64,000 nt of DNA, from the NCBI GenBank assembly GCA_946965045.2, contig OX337230.1, forward strand, positions 1,488,001 to 1,552,000, read 5' to 3'. The DNA comes from Epithemia pelagica (lineage: Eukaryota > Protista > Bacillariophyta). A program made the translations under genes and the position numbers. The notes under the pieces are model-generated. The model worked only from the letters and a program-made list of their open reading frames with translations, did no database searches and was not told the DNA's origin. Below are positions 44,448 to 56,673 of the stretch, piece after piece (position 1 is the stretch's first letter; each line of letters opens with the position of its first letter).

Positions 44448-44970
44448 TGACAAAAGATGAAGGACTCCGGTCGTTACGACACAACAATCAAAGATACAAC
44501 AAAGCGTTAGACAATTCAAGGCACCAACCACGTAGCCAATCCCCCACGGGTCAAGGAAAAGGCCAACAACTACTAGAAGAGTAGGTAGGACACAAAGAGA
44601 CGTGATGATGATGCTTTTTAGAATTGTGAGTGTTATCGTCTATGTTAGTGCTCGTTGTTGTTGTTTCCCCTTTTCCATCCATTTGTACTAGGTACGTAGA
44701 AATCTACACGCAGCATTGCTGGTTCGTGTGCATCTGACATCTAGATCGCATTCAATCGTCCCAAGATATCGCACATGTTCATGGATGATGTCTAGCTCAT
44801 GTCCAAGGCCATTGAAAGCGCCTCCTATCGTATTCCCTTTCTCCCCATTGTCTAAACTACGATCTACATGTGCTAGGTGTTTGTATATTATGACGTCACA
44901 GCCAGATGAAACCACTAGGTATTGATCGTGACTCATCGTACGATCAGTCACGGTCATCTACCTTGTGCGA
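44448..44970 (-). repeat. 5' LTR of element 2
   Basis: Starts TCGCACAAGG and ends CTTTTGTCA on the element strand. Confidence 0.95.
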
Positions 44971-45441
44971 ATTATCAAGCATGAAGCTAATCTGTTATTA
45001 ATGGTTTGGGTATCAGACCCTTTCGGCTTCAAACTTTCTTCGATGACGAGAGAACTCGTGCTAAAACACTTAGTATTTAGTATTTACTAAAAACTGACGA
45101 AGTCTGCCATGGTGAGTCATAACAGACTAGCATTCGAGAGCAGTGAGCAGTTTTTACGTCTTTGGTTTTTCATCATCATCAATTGTCGGGCCATATAACT
45201 CTAGGGGGTCGTCGGTAAGAACCAAACTGCATCAATCTCAGAGATACTTTATCGCTGCAGCTCTCATTGGAAAATCAGACCAACGCATAGAAATCAGCAG
45301 AGGAAGATAGCAGCGATGAGATCACCTCACGCGTTACATGCCATATATAAATGCCCGTCCTCAGATAAGTGCAAGCACCCGCGTCACGTAGGCACCAATG
45401 TCATGTCTTTTATCGCATTGTAGATCTCGTTTCGATCCTTT

Positions 45442-45899
45442 TTATTGAATCTTCTTCTTGGGTATTCTCGCGAGCATAGTTCTTGTCATCTTTATCTTGT
45501 TTTGCATGTTGCGGTAATGAGTTTGACCCCCACGAGCAACGACATAGGAGTAGTCCACAAAGGGGTGTGGAATGTCGTTGTTGGCACTGTTTGCGTTATG
45601 CAATCTTCCGTAGAACGTGAGTATGGCAAGGTCGAGAGGGGAGGTCTGCTGCATATCATGTTGATGTCGTAGAACCCGTCTAGCAATCTTTGTATCAGGA
45701 ATCTTACGACAGGCAAGTTCATGGCTCGAACGGCACGCATCAGAGTGACACATCGTCCAGGATGACGAAGAGCTTCCTTCGCGGCTTTCTCATTGCTTGT
45801 TTCATGGTTGCTTTGGCCTCCAAGAAGAAAGAGACAATCCACCTTACCCAAAGGAAGCCGATCGACATGCGGAGTCAATATCGAGTGGTCTATGAACAA
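45442..45899 (-). pseudogene. Possible frameshifted ankyrin-repeat fragment
   Basis: TLMRAVRAMNLPVVRFLIQ...YDIN continues in another frame as QTSPLDLAI. Weak match to the consensus. Confidence 0.35.
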
Positions 45900-46524
45900 T
45901 TAAATTCCATAAACCGAGGTCCTGGCATGCTTCTAATCGGGCGAATCCTATCAGGGAAGCTATGAGGAGGCCTTCGCCATGGATTTGGACGATTCACCTT
46001 GGGTGATGGCAGCCATTATGTAGGGGGCTGGGTGAATGGAGAACGAGTATTGATTTTAGGTCTGGGGGTTGGGTCACTGCCGATCAGCGTTTCCGCGACC
46101 TATCCGAGATACCTTTCCAAACCAGTGCCCCCCACTAACGGTGCAATTTCGAGTATAGAATGTGATGTACTATTTTAGAACAGATTTATTATTCCAAAGT
46201 GTTCTTACTGGTTATCCTCTAGCACTTTCAATCGTGATTCCAATTCTCCGACACGGATCACCAACTTTTGAAATTCCTTCACCATCTCTTCGACTCTCAT
46301 CTCACTCGGAAGCTCAGTTTCGACGTTCGATGGTCCACCTTGGTTGCCGAAGAAGAGAATGACAATAAGAAACAGAAACTAAATTAGATAACTAGTAGGC
46401 TGCCCACCACCACCCACCTGTCCTGCACCATTCCCCAGGGTCATCACTCCCTAGGACCATGCGCAGGCTCAGGCTTTCAGCCTTTATGGGATTGTTGCGT
46501 CGTTTTTTTGGTTCCTGTTTGTTG

Positions 46525-48983
46525 TCATTTGTTGCACACACACTTATAAGAAATTCGGTTCAGCTTGTCAATACCATTAAAGAAAACCTCGGGCTCACCA
46601 CCACTGCATTCCAAAATGCACTTGTCAATCCTTGCAACACTTCCACGCAATCTCTTGAGCCACTGGTAGTCTCGCGGTACGAATCCTTTGTTTTTGCCTT
46701 CGTACCTCGCTGTAATCTCCCTCATTTTGTAGTAAACTTGCATATTCGATCCATCATAGGTAGCCAACTCCTCTCTGTCACTCTCCAAAGACACTTGTTC
46801 CTCCACTGGTCCAGCTCGTTGTTGTTCTCGCGTTTGATTCCGTTGCTTCTTCTTCTCTCGTCGTTGTTCTTCGTCGTCGTCTCTTCCTCTTACTCTGTAA
46901 CATACAAACTCTGGTGTCACCACCTGGGGCATTCCATCCACACTCACACTCACCCTCTCACTCTCGGTCTCACTTGCTTTCTGTTCAGCTTCCAACTCCA
47001 GACTCTTCTTGAAACATTCACCAAATAGCCTTGTTGCTTCCACCCTCGTCCTATCGTCTTGAAACTTGTCGAATAAATGACGAAGTTTCTCAAACGGGGT
47101 TTCGTGCCCCTTTCTTCCGAGTGACAACTGGTACGTCTCCTGCCAGTCGAACGAAGATCGACAATCCAGCGCTTCTTTAACATACCACTTCGCCAATTCG
47201 CTTACAGACTTAGAGGTACGAGTGCTGGCGTTTGGGTTTTTGCGATTGAACTTGCCACTGGAGTAAAACACCGACTTCCATGGGGACACTTTATACTCCG
47301 GCCAGCATTCTGGGCGGTGGAATCCCGAGTCTTCCCACTGACTTAAGCAATTTTGGTAGTATAGAGCCGCTTGCTTCTGGGACTTATGACGAGCAGACTT
47401 GTTTAATGCATCGTCTTCTAGGGGCTGTATAGTCAATCCGGGCTGAGCCATGTCAGTGCGACGTCGCCCCGTACTCTCGTATCTATACAAAATCCCGAAT
47501 ACCGCGTACATATAGCCGGTCTTTCGCAGTGTATGTGTACCGACCGTACACTCTTGGGGATCGAATTCACACGCAGAGCCAGAGAATTGGTGAACTAGAA
47601 TTTTCTGTATCAACGAAAGAGTACTCGCCACTGGTTAGTTTATTCGCTCACTGGTTGGTGTATTCGCAAAACGGTACGTACCTTTAATTGTGATAGGAGA
47701 TCATTGTACTTAAAGCATTGTGTACCCCAATCATCCGGTAGTGGTCTGCCCGCCAGGAAGTTTTGTAAGTGATCTGCCCGTGGAAAAAGGTACGGGCCGG
47801 GTACGTTGGCCGATGCCAAATACACCAAAAGCGCGCGAACGGGACAAAACTCAGGGTTCTCATCATCTCGGAACAGCGATAAAGATTGTTCGACTTTATC
47901 CGCCTTTCCTTTTATCCAGAGTACAATCTGGTCCACTCTGAGTTCATTTTCCAGCACAACAAAACACTCAGTCCGAAATTGATCCAATCGGATCGAACAA
48001 ACCTCTTGGGCGCGGAGGAACAAATGGACTCCCATCAAAATCAGGCACCATAACTGTAAATTGGCGATGTCGGTTGATTTGGACATTAGATAGGCCCTGA
48101 CCAGTCGCAATTGTTTCGTGGTCATGTGAAGCGCGCCCCGGATATGGTGGGTTGATTTCAGTGTATTCTCCACACGATTGTACATCGACACACACAATCT
48201 ATGGAAAGTCGGGCACCCACGAGGTCGAATCCTTGGGTAAGTACACGAACCACAAGACTGAAATTCCCTGTTAATTGCTTTCAACCAGTCAATTGTGCGT
48301 GTCCCTGTGACGTCTTCATTTTTCTCCAGACATCTCTCACAAGTGCCAATATAACAATCAGTCATGTCTTCGAGACAAAACGAATTATGCAAAGTGCGAA
48401 TTGCGACACGACATTTTCGAATATTCGTAGGATCGGACCAACCATTTTTCTTTTTCAGTTTTCCATTTTCCTCCCACGATAGGCATGATCCCGTCACAAC
48501 CTCGCCTGCTCGCGGTCCTTTTGCATACTTAACCGGATTGTCGTTAAAATCGACACAAGGCGTTAAAGCATCAAAAGATTTATACTGATAGAAGATCGCA
48601 AGTGTAAGTGGATCTGCAGGCAAGGGGTCTGACGGGCGTAGCTTGTCGCAACAAATGGTGGCAGTTCGCACATCCCCAAGTAAAAATGCAAACCGACCGA
48701 GTTCCGCCCAATATCGCGGATACTCACGCAATGAAAGGTCTTGCCCATTGGCAGAGCCTTTCAACTGGAATTTCACAGTGAATTGATATTCATTCGTTGG
48801 AGGAGTCAAAGCCTCATTAGATATAAAGTTTCTTATCTCCCTTTCCATCTGTAGGAGTAGGTCAGGGGTTAGTTTTGTAGCCAATACGTCTCCTTTCTGC
48901 CTTGGACGAAATGGCATGGACTGATCCACCATTTCCACCCTGGTGGAGTTGAACTCCGTAGGAAGCACTGGAGCCTCGTCCAT
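46525..48983 (-). mobile_element. Crypton-like tyrosine recombinase gene, about 793 aa (exons 48983-47682, 47604-46525)
   Basis: LFLRAQE (R), IKGKADK (K), THTLRKTG (HxxR), SARH (H), AALYY (Y). A 77-bp GTACGT...CTAAC...CAG intron restores the frame. Confidence 0.85.
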
Positions 48984-49162
48984 CCTCTGTCTCTTGCTCT
49001 TTTAGAGCTTTTGTGAGACTTTTGGTTTGATTGTTGGATGTTGGGTTGACTTGCAACGGTCGAGTTCTTCGTTGGAAGATCGTTGGCATTGGGCGTCATT
49101 GCAGTTTCTTGGTGGGGTCTCGGAGGAGGGGCGCTGTAAACGCGATTCAAGGGAGATTGAAT

Positions 49163-49207
49163 CGTGTTGGGTCACTGGTTGGGTCAGTGTTGGGTCAGTG
49201 TTGGGTT
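49163..49207 (+). repeat. Short tandem repeat (GTGTTGGGTCA)~4 upstream of the recombinase
   Basis: gtgttgggtca ctg gttgggtca gtgttgggtca gtgttgggtt. Confidence 0.8.
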
Positions 49208-49680
49208 GTTAGATAGTTAACACGATACACTAGTGTGTAAATCTTGAGATTTCTCTATACCTACTAAAATAACGATCAGGATGTGGCATTTTTGTTGCCT
49301 CCAACGGCGATGTCTTGCATTGTGGTCCGCTCTTTGATGCAACCTCTCGAGCATCTCCCCATTGACACTTGCCCAATCTTCATCATCGCTCTTTCGTGAC
49401 GACTTTAGTCGTCGTAACTTGATGACCCGACGCGTCCTTCTTATCTTAGCAAAAAAAAAGAAAAGTCATCTTGTCCAACGGCAGCCATTCGGAACCTGGC
49501 TTTTGGCGGGTCGCTCATGACTCGTGATTCACGAGCCTCAGTTTCCGGAAGTGACCTCTTCCGGTGTGATTTACCTCTTACCACCGAACTATTTCTTGCA
49601 AAGACCCATACCTTTATGGGAACAAGTTCGAGTGGTGTTGCGTATCGGCTGCAGCTCCTACAAGTAACACATCTCTGACA

Positions 49681-50520
49681 ATGAAGGTAAGTGGCGCGTG
49701 TTGATGAATCATACCAGCCGTATTCTTAGCTCTGGCCGCTCATCCGTTTCGTGTTTAATTCATTCTTGTGCGCCTTTTCTTTGCTCAGATCAACATTGCT
49801 TGCCCCAGCACGGGGATGCAAAAGGTGATGGAGATCGACGATGAACGTCGTCTCCAAAGCCTGTATGATCGCCGAATGGCTCAGGAAATTGATGGTAGTA
49901 TTTTGGGTGAGGAGTTTGAAGGTTATTTGCTGCGTATTTCGGGAGGTAACGACAAACAAGGTTTTCCCATGCGCCAAGGTGTTTTGACCAATACGCGTGT
50001 TCGTCTCTTGTGTAAGAAAGGACACAAGGGTTATCGTCAACGACGTGCCGGTGAACGAAAGCGAAAGTCTGTTCGCGGATGCGTGGTGGGTCACGACATT
50101 GCCGTTCTCAACTTGGTTGTCACGCAAGTTGGGGAAAAGGAGGTTCCTGGCCTTACGGATGATTCGGTGCCTCGTCGTTTGGGTCCCAAACGTGCCAATA
50201 ATATTCGAAAATTGTTCGCCTTGACCAAGGAGGATGATGTCCGTAAATACGTGATTTCTCGAACGTTCACCAACAAGGCGGGTGTGACAGTGCGAAAGGC
50301 GCCCAAGATCCAACGTTTGGTAACCCCCATAATGTTGCAACGCAAACGAGCCCGTAAATCACATTTGCTGGCTCAACTCAAGAAATCAAAGGAAGAAGCC
50401 GAAGCGTACAAGAAGGTGGTTGCTCAACGTCAAGCAGAAGCCCGCGAAGCACGCCGTTCACTAATCAGCAAGAGACGATCTTCGCGCAAGTCTGCGAAGG
50501 TTGCCGAAGAGAAAAAATAA
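49681..50520 (+). CDS. RPS6: 40S ribosomal protein S6 (exons 49681-49686, 49789-50520)
   Basis: MK|[49 protein letters not shown]; GTAAGT...CAG intron. Confidence 0.97.
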
Positions 50521-50688
50521 TAGCAGCCACGATAAGTGCAATCATCTGGTGTATTAGATAAATCGTTTCAGCATACTATATATTTGTAGTAGCGAGACTG
50601 GCGGTTGGTGGCAGTTCCAATATAATTGTCTTCTGTGGTGAGCTCGAAAGGCTAGACAAAAATCGATTGGTCTACTGTCATGATCAGG

Positions 50689-51275
50689 TTATTGTTGATC
50701 CGGTTCCATCTTGACGTCTTCGTTTGCTGCGGCCTGTTTCGCTTCCACTTCGGCGGAGGATTGAGCCAAGGAAGCCGGATTACTCATGATCAATATTACA
50801 GAATCGCCTCTAAGAAACATTTTGCTCACATAGCGATCCTTATTGACTGCACTTCCTCGAGTTCTACCTTTACCCCCTTTGGAGACCTCGGTCCACATTT
50901 CTTTCACATCTTCTAGCAATCTGTCAATGATTCAAACAGAAGAAAGAGAAGAAGAAAACAAAAAGGCATTGTGCCATAAATGGTGAGACACTGTCCTCAG
51001 TTATCCGTTTAATGTGTACCGGTAGCAGCACATGCAAGATTGCTCGAGTGAGAACATTCATCCTGATGTAATCTATAACATGAAATGATTGCCATCAGTT
51101 GCACTTACAGGTTCATGTGTCTATCATAAGCTTTGACTCTTCCAAGCAGCTTGTGGTTGTTTCGTAGATTGATCAAAACCTGTGAATTTCCTTGCACTGC
51201 TTTGTAAAGCACAGAAAACGGCCCAGCTTTCAAGTCGGTAGCGTGCTCCGATGCACCTTGCGCTGCTGCCGCCAT
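50689..51275 (-). CDS. SNRPD2: Small nuclear ribonucleoprotein Sm D2 (exons 51275-51109, 50920-50689)
   Basis: [30 protein letters not shown]|[28 protein letters not shown]. Confidence 0.95.
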
Positions 51276-52463
51276 TGAATCACTAACGAAACGAACAGAA
51301 AAAGATATGAACAATCTCAATTGTCAATGCGCTCCGGGATCGAGTTGTTGATCAAACTTTGTCGAAGCAAGAACGACCACCTATATTTGTTATTTGTTTA
51401 AAATTCTGCAATTTTTTATGTTTTTGTGTACGAAGATCAAAGGGGATTTAATTGAATATGTTCTGTTTTTGGATATGGGTCATTATATTTTCTCGAGCGG
51501 TCATATGGACAAGACTTAAGCAAAACAATTCAAAATACAAATTTAACCCGCTGGAAGAGTACGCTCTAATACGTTTTTGAGAATATGGGATTATCTACTC
51601 CTCATCGGGTATCTCCACAAGACCAATGGACGATTAACTAGGAAACGAGTGCTGTTCACAAGCATACCCTAACGGTCATCAAACGGATTTTCATCAATAT
51701 GGATATGCGTAGTGTGAAGCTATGTGTAGTCGTTGGTAGCGAAGCGTGGCTCTCTACGCTCAGAGTGTAGAGCTCATAGTACAAGGACATGGCGCATCTG
51801 CGCTCTCAGATCTCAGAGCCCCACCTTGCCATACAAATCCTTCGTTGCTTCTACATGTGTGGTGGTGCTAAGGATTGGTGATCCGTTTCGTTGCCACCCA
51901 GGACGGTTATCTGCGTCCGACCGAAAAATTGGGGCGCTGCTTCTTGTGCCTGCTGCCATCAGCGCAATCCACACGCACAAACACCCCTCCACACCGACAA
52001 GAGAACAAAAACCACGCAAAACGCCACAACGACTTGTATTGTATCGGTGAAATAGACCAGGTAAAGGCATCGAGGAGATCTTTCCCTGGAAGACCATAAC
52101 AAAGACAACGAGAATTGTTGATCTCTCTCTGCGCTGCGGATTCGTCACACGTGAATGAGATCAACGCAACAAGGCTCTTGGATTGGTTGGAAACGACTCG
52201 TGCTGGACGAGGCTATTAAAGGCGGAGGAAGAATAGAAACGGCACACCTTGAGGCTTTACCTTTGGAGGATCATCTGAGGAGCTAGCCTTCTCCCTTTGA
52301 GGAGCAAGGAAACGGGATAGTTCGTGCGCATTGGGTTAACCTTCTGCTTTCAAGCCAAGACTCGATCTCGACCAAAATTTGCACATCAATTGAGAAGCGG
52401 GAGCCAGTGACTTTTTTTCCGGAGATTTGAGAGACGTAACTCATTTATTTGGAAGGATCAACT

Positions 52464-55400
52464 ATGACTTCTCTTCGTCTTGCCTTAAAGCAATCATTGG
52501 AAGAAAGCAGCGGTGGATTCTCTCCTCCCTCTTTGGGAAGTGACAACCATAACAGCACCAATAATCCGAATTTCAACGCACCACCGTCATCTCCGGGTGG
52601 CTCCCGAACTGGAATGTCGTCTCCCACGAATGGTGCTTCCTCCTCGGCTCCTGGTCATTCCACCAGTGCTTCGTCGATCAATCCTCACAATAGCAATCTT
52701 AGTCCGCAACCATGGAAGAAACGAGGACCAGGAAGACCGCGGAAAACCCAGCCGCAGGATGGAGGAACCGCGAAGAAACGTGGACGGCCCCGAAAACTCC
52801 CTGCCTCCGAAGAACAGCCCGGACATGAGGAACACTCTAGCAGTGAAAACGAATTCTCTGGAGAGGAAAACGACGATATAGAAGAAGAGCAATCGAGAGA
52901 GGCTGCTGAAGAACAAAAGGCATCCTCCAAGCCGTTGAAGAAGAAAAAAGCACACTCCACTATGACTGGTGCGGTTATCGTACCGAACAGAGAGAGTCAT
53001 GCAGAGCCGGTCGAAAGCTCCGAGGTGAAAGCCTCTGTTGCGAGCACGGACGTCGATCATACTTCTAGCAATTACGTCATACCTTCCAACAAAGAAGGTA
53101 ATATTGTTGCTCACTCTTCCTCTAGAGAGAAGGAGCCTGATGAGGGCAAGCCATCCAAAGTCAAGACTGTTCCTCCTCCACATCCACGTGTGCTTTCTTG
53201 GTCACGCAATCTCCCTGTCAAAGAGGTGCGCCAAAACGTCAAACAAGGAATTCGGGTCAAGGTACGCTTTGCCACGAAAGCTAAAAAGGAGGGCAAGCGA
53301 AAAAAGAAATGGTACGGAGGACTTGTATCGCAAGTTTCTAAGGCAGGCTCGAAAATCCGGATAAAGTATGATGACGGTACTTCGGAGGTGGCACGATTTC
53401 CAGACAAAGACATTGTTGTGGACGCAACTTTCAATGGAGAACATCAATGTTCATCCGAGTTCTTTGATCCACCAGAGGAGGGGATGTCTGGGGGTGAAGA
53501 GGTAGCACTAGATCACCAGCCATCAGGACAAGAACAGCCAGAAACAAACCCAGCACCAAGAGAGAAAACAGAAACTTCCACCACTGCCACAACAAGTGGG
53601 AGTGAACATCCAGAACCAGTTGCGAGCGCTTTGTCATCGTCCGAGACGCTAAGTCCAAGAGAAAGTTCCGAGAATTTGATGAATGCGGAAGTGCAAGAGG
53701 ATTCCTTGAAGCCTCTGAACGATCTGGAAGCTGTAAAATCTGCTCCGTCTGTCCCAACTTTGATGGAACCAGAGATAAACATCTCAAAGGATACGTCCAA
53801 CGATCAGCCTGACGAGTCATTAGCCATCAAGCCAAAACGTAAGCGTGGGCGTCCACCCAAAATCCGGTCGCAGCAGCTGAATAATGTGGCATCAAACGAG
53901 GAAATAATTGGTCCAAAAACTGGTGACAAGAGCATTGACCCTCTACGCTCAGCCGCTTCCCCTGTTCCGACTGTGGAATCAACTAATCCCCTTGTGGATA
54001 CTCCTGTACTTGATGAACCGAAGCAGAAACGTGTTCTCGACAATTCCAAATTGGATCCAATGGAAGTTGAAGAGCCGACAACAGGAAAGGATCATTCAGA
54101 GAAGGTCTCAGCGCAAATGGGTGGTTCAGAGGAGGACAAACAGAAATCGAAATTGCTCTCTATAAGAATTCCGAAACTGAAGAGCTCTCTCGAAGAAGGA
54201 AGCGCTGATTCTTCGAAAAACCTTCCAACCAAACCAGAGAAGTCTCCCCGCCCTGCGATATTCTCTGAATCGAAGAAGGACCAAGAGAACCACGGAGCCA
54301 CAAAAAGAATTCACATTCACTTGGCTGGACCGAAGTCTGTTGTGGCCAAAGAGACGAAGGAGATTCCCTCCACCCACGAAAGCCAGCATTCGACGATCAA
54401 AGGCAGAACAACCCCAGTTCCAATTGTTTCTGCTCATAAACATGAGGAAGAGGAAGTAAGAACACCGGCCTCACCACGATCCAAGAAAGTGAAGCGGAAG
54501 CGAGTCGAGTCATCCCCTAATAGTAACCGACCACGTTCTCCACGATCGCAAGCTGAAGAGGCCAGTGAAAAGTTTGGATCTGCTGGCAGTGCTTTCGAAA
54601 AGAGTACTTCTGGTGGTAGCACCACCCAAGTAGTAGCAGAAGAAGAAGAAAACAGCAAAGCAGTCACTCCGAAGGGACGACCGGCTAAAGTGGATGCTGC
54701 GCGATCTGCCAGACGCTCTGCGGCAAAGGAAGCTAGCGACCGATTGTTGAACAAACAAGAAGAGACAGTGGTCAAGAAGAAAAAGAAACGAGATCGTCGG
54801 AGGGAAGTAGAAGGTGAAGATTCGGATCGCGAAGAAACGCAGCAACAAGCTCCTTGGGTTCAATGCGACAAATGCAAAAAGTGGCGAATCATTCCAAGTG
54901 AAGTGGTTGGGTCGCTCCCTGAACGGTGGTTTTGCGAGGACAATGTATGGGATCCGAAGCGTGCGAGCTGCGATGCACCTCAACAGAAAGATAAACAAGT
55001 TGTTCGCGAAAAGAAGCGTAGGAAACGTCAACGACTTATGGAAAAGGCAGCTGCTGAAAGCAGGGCCACAGCTGATATACCGGCAGGGGCCGTTAGCGAT
55101 GAATCTAACGAGCATGAGAATAGTGCTGCATCTCGGTCGCAAGAAGATATGGAAGAGGTTATGAAGAGGCCTCGACGAGCTTCGCCCACCGAAAATTCTG
55201 ATTCCAGCATGAACAACAACGAACAGAAAACCGAGAAGAAGTCCAACACGAAGAAGCTGAGAAGCCACACCGCCGAGGTGATGGAGCTGCAGGAAGACGA
55301 AGGTGGAGCCGACTTGAAACCGCGTGGTCGCGGACGTCCCCGTCGCAACCTCGTAAAGGAAACATGCACACCGGTTAACCCGGAGCAAACCCATGATGAA

Positions 55401-56282
55401 GCGGATAATGTTGAGTGGGTACAGTGCGAAAAATGCGATAAATGGCGAAAACTTCCGCCTCATATATCCGCAGATGAACTTCCAGAGGTCTGGTATTGTT
55501 CTATGAACACCTGGAATCCTGCGTCAGCTAGCTGCAGTGCTCCGGAAGACAAAGCAGAGGCTGGTCTGACCGATATATTCAGCAATGGTGCCGCTAAATT
55601 GTCATACCGCAATCTCATTTTCGGTAACGGCCGCAAATTCAATCGTCCCATCTCCGAACGAACCCGCGCGGCAGAGTCCCTGTTCGCAGCCGTATCAGAC
55701 GACGCAGATGCCCCGCCAACAGTGACATATGCCAGCTCAAGTGCATTCATTTCACGGAGCAAACTGAATCAACCCGAAGAAACCGATGGACTTTCAGTGC
55801 TCGAGCTGATGAGTCGTTCTCAGTTGTGGAAAGAGCTACATGCAATAGCTGCTGCAACGAATGGGGGTTTATGTGCTTTTGATAGACTGTCAAATGAGAC
55901 GAAAGAGTATATTAGGGACCTCATTCTTCACTCGCTGGGAAGCCGGACGATGTCTGGGGAAGAGGTGGCAAACGATATTCAGCATCGCAACTGGCAAAAT
56001 GTTCCTCTTGGATGGGCCGCAGCTAAACCGCATTGCACTGTGAATATCATCGTGATGACTATGTGTGAACTGGTGAAGGAAGGTGTGCTAGAATGCATGA
56101 AGGAGTTTGATGGTCGTACAAAGGATTCTTTTTTCTTGACTTATCGACGAGCCAAGTCGTATTCGCAAGCCACATTACAAAAGCCAATCCCATGTCAAGA
56201 TGGCGGAGAAGTTGGTCCGCGTTGCATGAAGTTTGCCAAGCCTTGGAAAAGCGCGGAAGGCGGGGATGAATCGATCGGATAA
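52464..56282 (+). CDS. Chromatin protein with AT-hooks, a Tudor-like domain and two CW-type zinc fingers
   Basis: RGPGRPRK, KRGRPRK, KRGRPPK, RGRGRPRR; KWYGGLV...IRIKYDDG; WVQCDKCKKWR...WFC and WVQCEKCDKWR...WYC. Confidence 0.85.
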   Translation: MTSLRLALKQSLEESSGGFSPPSLGSDNHNSTNNPNFNAPPSSPGGSRTGMSSPTNGASSSAPGHSTSASSINPHNSNLSPQPWKKRGPGRPRKTQPQDGGTAKKRGRPRKLPASEEQPGHEEHSSSENEFSGEENDDIEEEQSREAAEEQKASSKPLKKKKAHSTMTGAVIVPNRESHAEPVESSEVKASVASTDVDHTSSNYVIPSNKEGNIVAHSSSREKEPDEGKPSKVKTVPPPHPRVLSWSRNLPVKEVRQNVKQGIRVKVRFATKAKKEGKRKKKWYGGLVSQVSKAGSKIRIKYDDGTSEVARFPDKDIVVDATFNGEHQCSSEFFDPPEEGMSGGEEVALDHQPSGQEQPETNPAPREKTETSTTATTSGSEHPEPVASALSSSETLSPRESSENLMNAEVQEDSLKPLNDLEAVKSAPSVPTLMEPEINISKDTSNDQPDESLAIKPKRKRGRPPKIRSQQLNNVASNEEIIGPKTGDKSIDPLRSAASPVPTVESTNPLVDTPVLDEPKQKRVLDNSKLDPMEVEEPTTGKDHSEKVSAQMGGSEEDKQKSKLLSIRIPKLKSSLEEGSADSSKNLPTKPEKSPRPAIFSESKKDQENHGATKRIHIHLAGPKSVVAKETKEIPSTHESQHSTIKGRTTPVPIVSAHKHEEEEVRTPASPRSKKVKRKRVESSPNSNRPRSPRSQAEEASEKFGSAGSAFEKSTSGGSTTQVVAEEEENSKAVTPKGRPAKVDAARSARRSAAKEASDRLLNKQEETVVKKKKKRDRRREVEGEDSDREETQQQAPWVQCDKCKKWRIIPSEVVGSLPERWFCEDNVWDPKRASCDAPQQKDKQVVREKKRRKRQRLMEKAAAESRATADIPAGAVSDESNEHENSAASRSQEDMEEVMKRPRRASPTENSDSSMNNNEQKTEKKSNTKKLRSHTAEVMELQEDEGGADLKPRGRGRPRRNLVKETCTPVNPEQTHDEADNVEWVQCEKCDKWRKLPPHISADELPEVWYCSMNTWNPASASCSAPEDKAEAGLTDIFSNGAAKLSYRNLIFGNGRKFNRPISERTRAAESLFAAVSDDADAPPTVTYASSSAFISRSKLNQPEETDGLSVLELMSRSQLWKELHAIAAATNGGLCAFDRLSNETKEYIRDLILHSLGSRTMSGEEVANDIQHRNWQNVPLGWAAAKPHCTVNIIVMTMCELVKEGVLECMKEFDGRTKDSFFLTYRRAKSYSQATLQKPIPCQDGGEVGPRCMKFAKPWKSAEGGDESIG

Positions 56283-56673
56283 TTTGAAATACATGGGTGA
56301 GGGTGAGGCTTCTGTCTTCTACTCCTAGGTAGTTTCAACTGGATTGGTTTTGATAATAGTAGGAGATATGCGAGAGGATGTGAGCACTACGGTAGATACT
56401 CCTATCAGTACCTAGAATAGGAGTACATCTTACATTATTTTGTCTATTGTCTTTGTGGGATTTGTTAGGTAGGCTATTCACGAACGACAAGAAGTCTTAG
56501 GAGTAGGGTAGTTGTTAGATTATCTTATTTATTCGTAGGAGTAGTTTTCTAGTTAGCCTTTTTCAGAAAGATACGCGTTTGTCTGAAGAAGATTTCGTTG
56601 GAACGAAATTCCGTCATGGCGATCGGAGCCGATAGAGGCCGGAAGTGGGACCCTTTCGTTTACAACTCTGAAG

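Larger units (their letters stand above)
37265..44970 (-). mobile_element. Full-length Ty1/copia (CoDi-like) LTR retrotransposon, recent insertion (element 2)
   Basis: 523-bp LTRs at 44448-44970 and 37265-37787 (one difference seen); ATTAT TSD at 37260-37264 and 44971-44975; PPT at 37788-37798; PBS at 44434-44447; domain order gag-PR-INT-RT-RH. Confidence 0.97.

Noticed and set aside
46459-47028. 189-aa plus-strand ORF
   Set aside because: Antisense to the recombinase C-terminus, with no motifs.
46481-49621. 11-bp direct repeat CCTTTATGGGA flanking the recombinase (TATGG core, recalled as CryptonS-like termini)
   Set aside because: The second copy lies 60 bp upstream of the RPS6 ATG, within its likely 5' UTR, and an 11-mer match over about 1 kb of search space per side is not improbable. 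An empty-allele comparison would settle it.
50921-51108. Possible box C/D snoRNA in the 188-nt SmD2 intron (AGGATGA...CTGA on the minus strand)
   Set aside because: Imperfect C box, weak terminal stem and no rRNA target I could identify.
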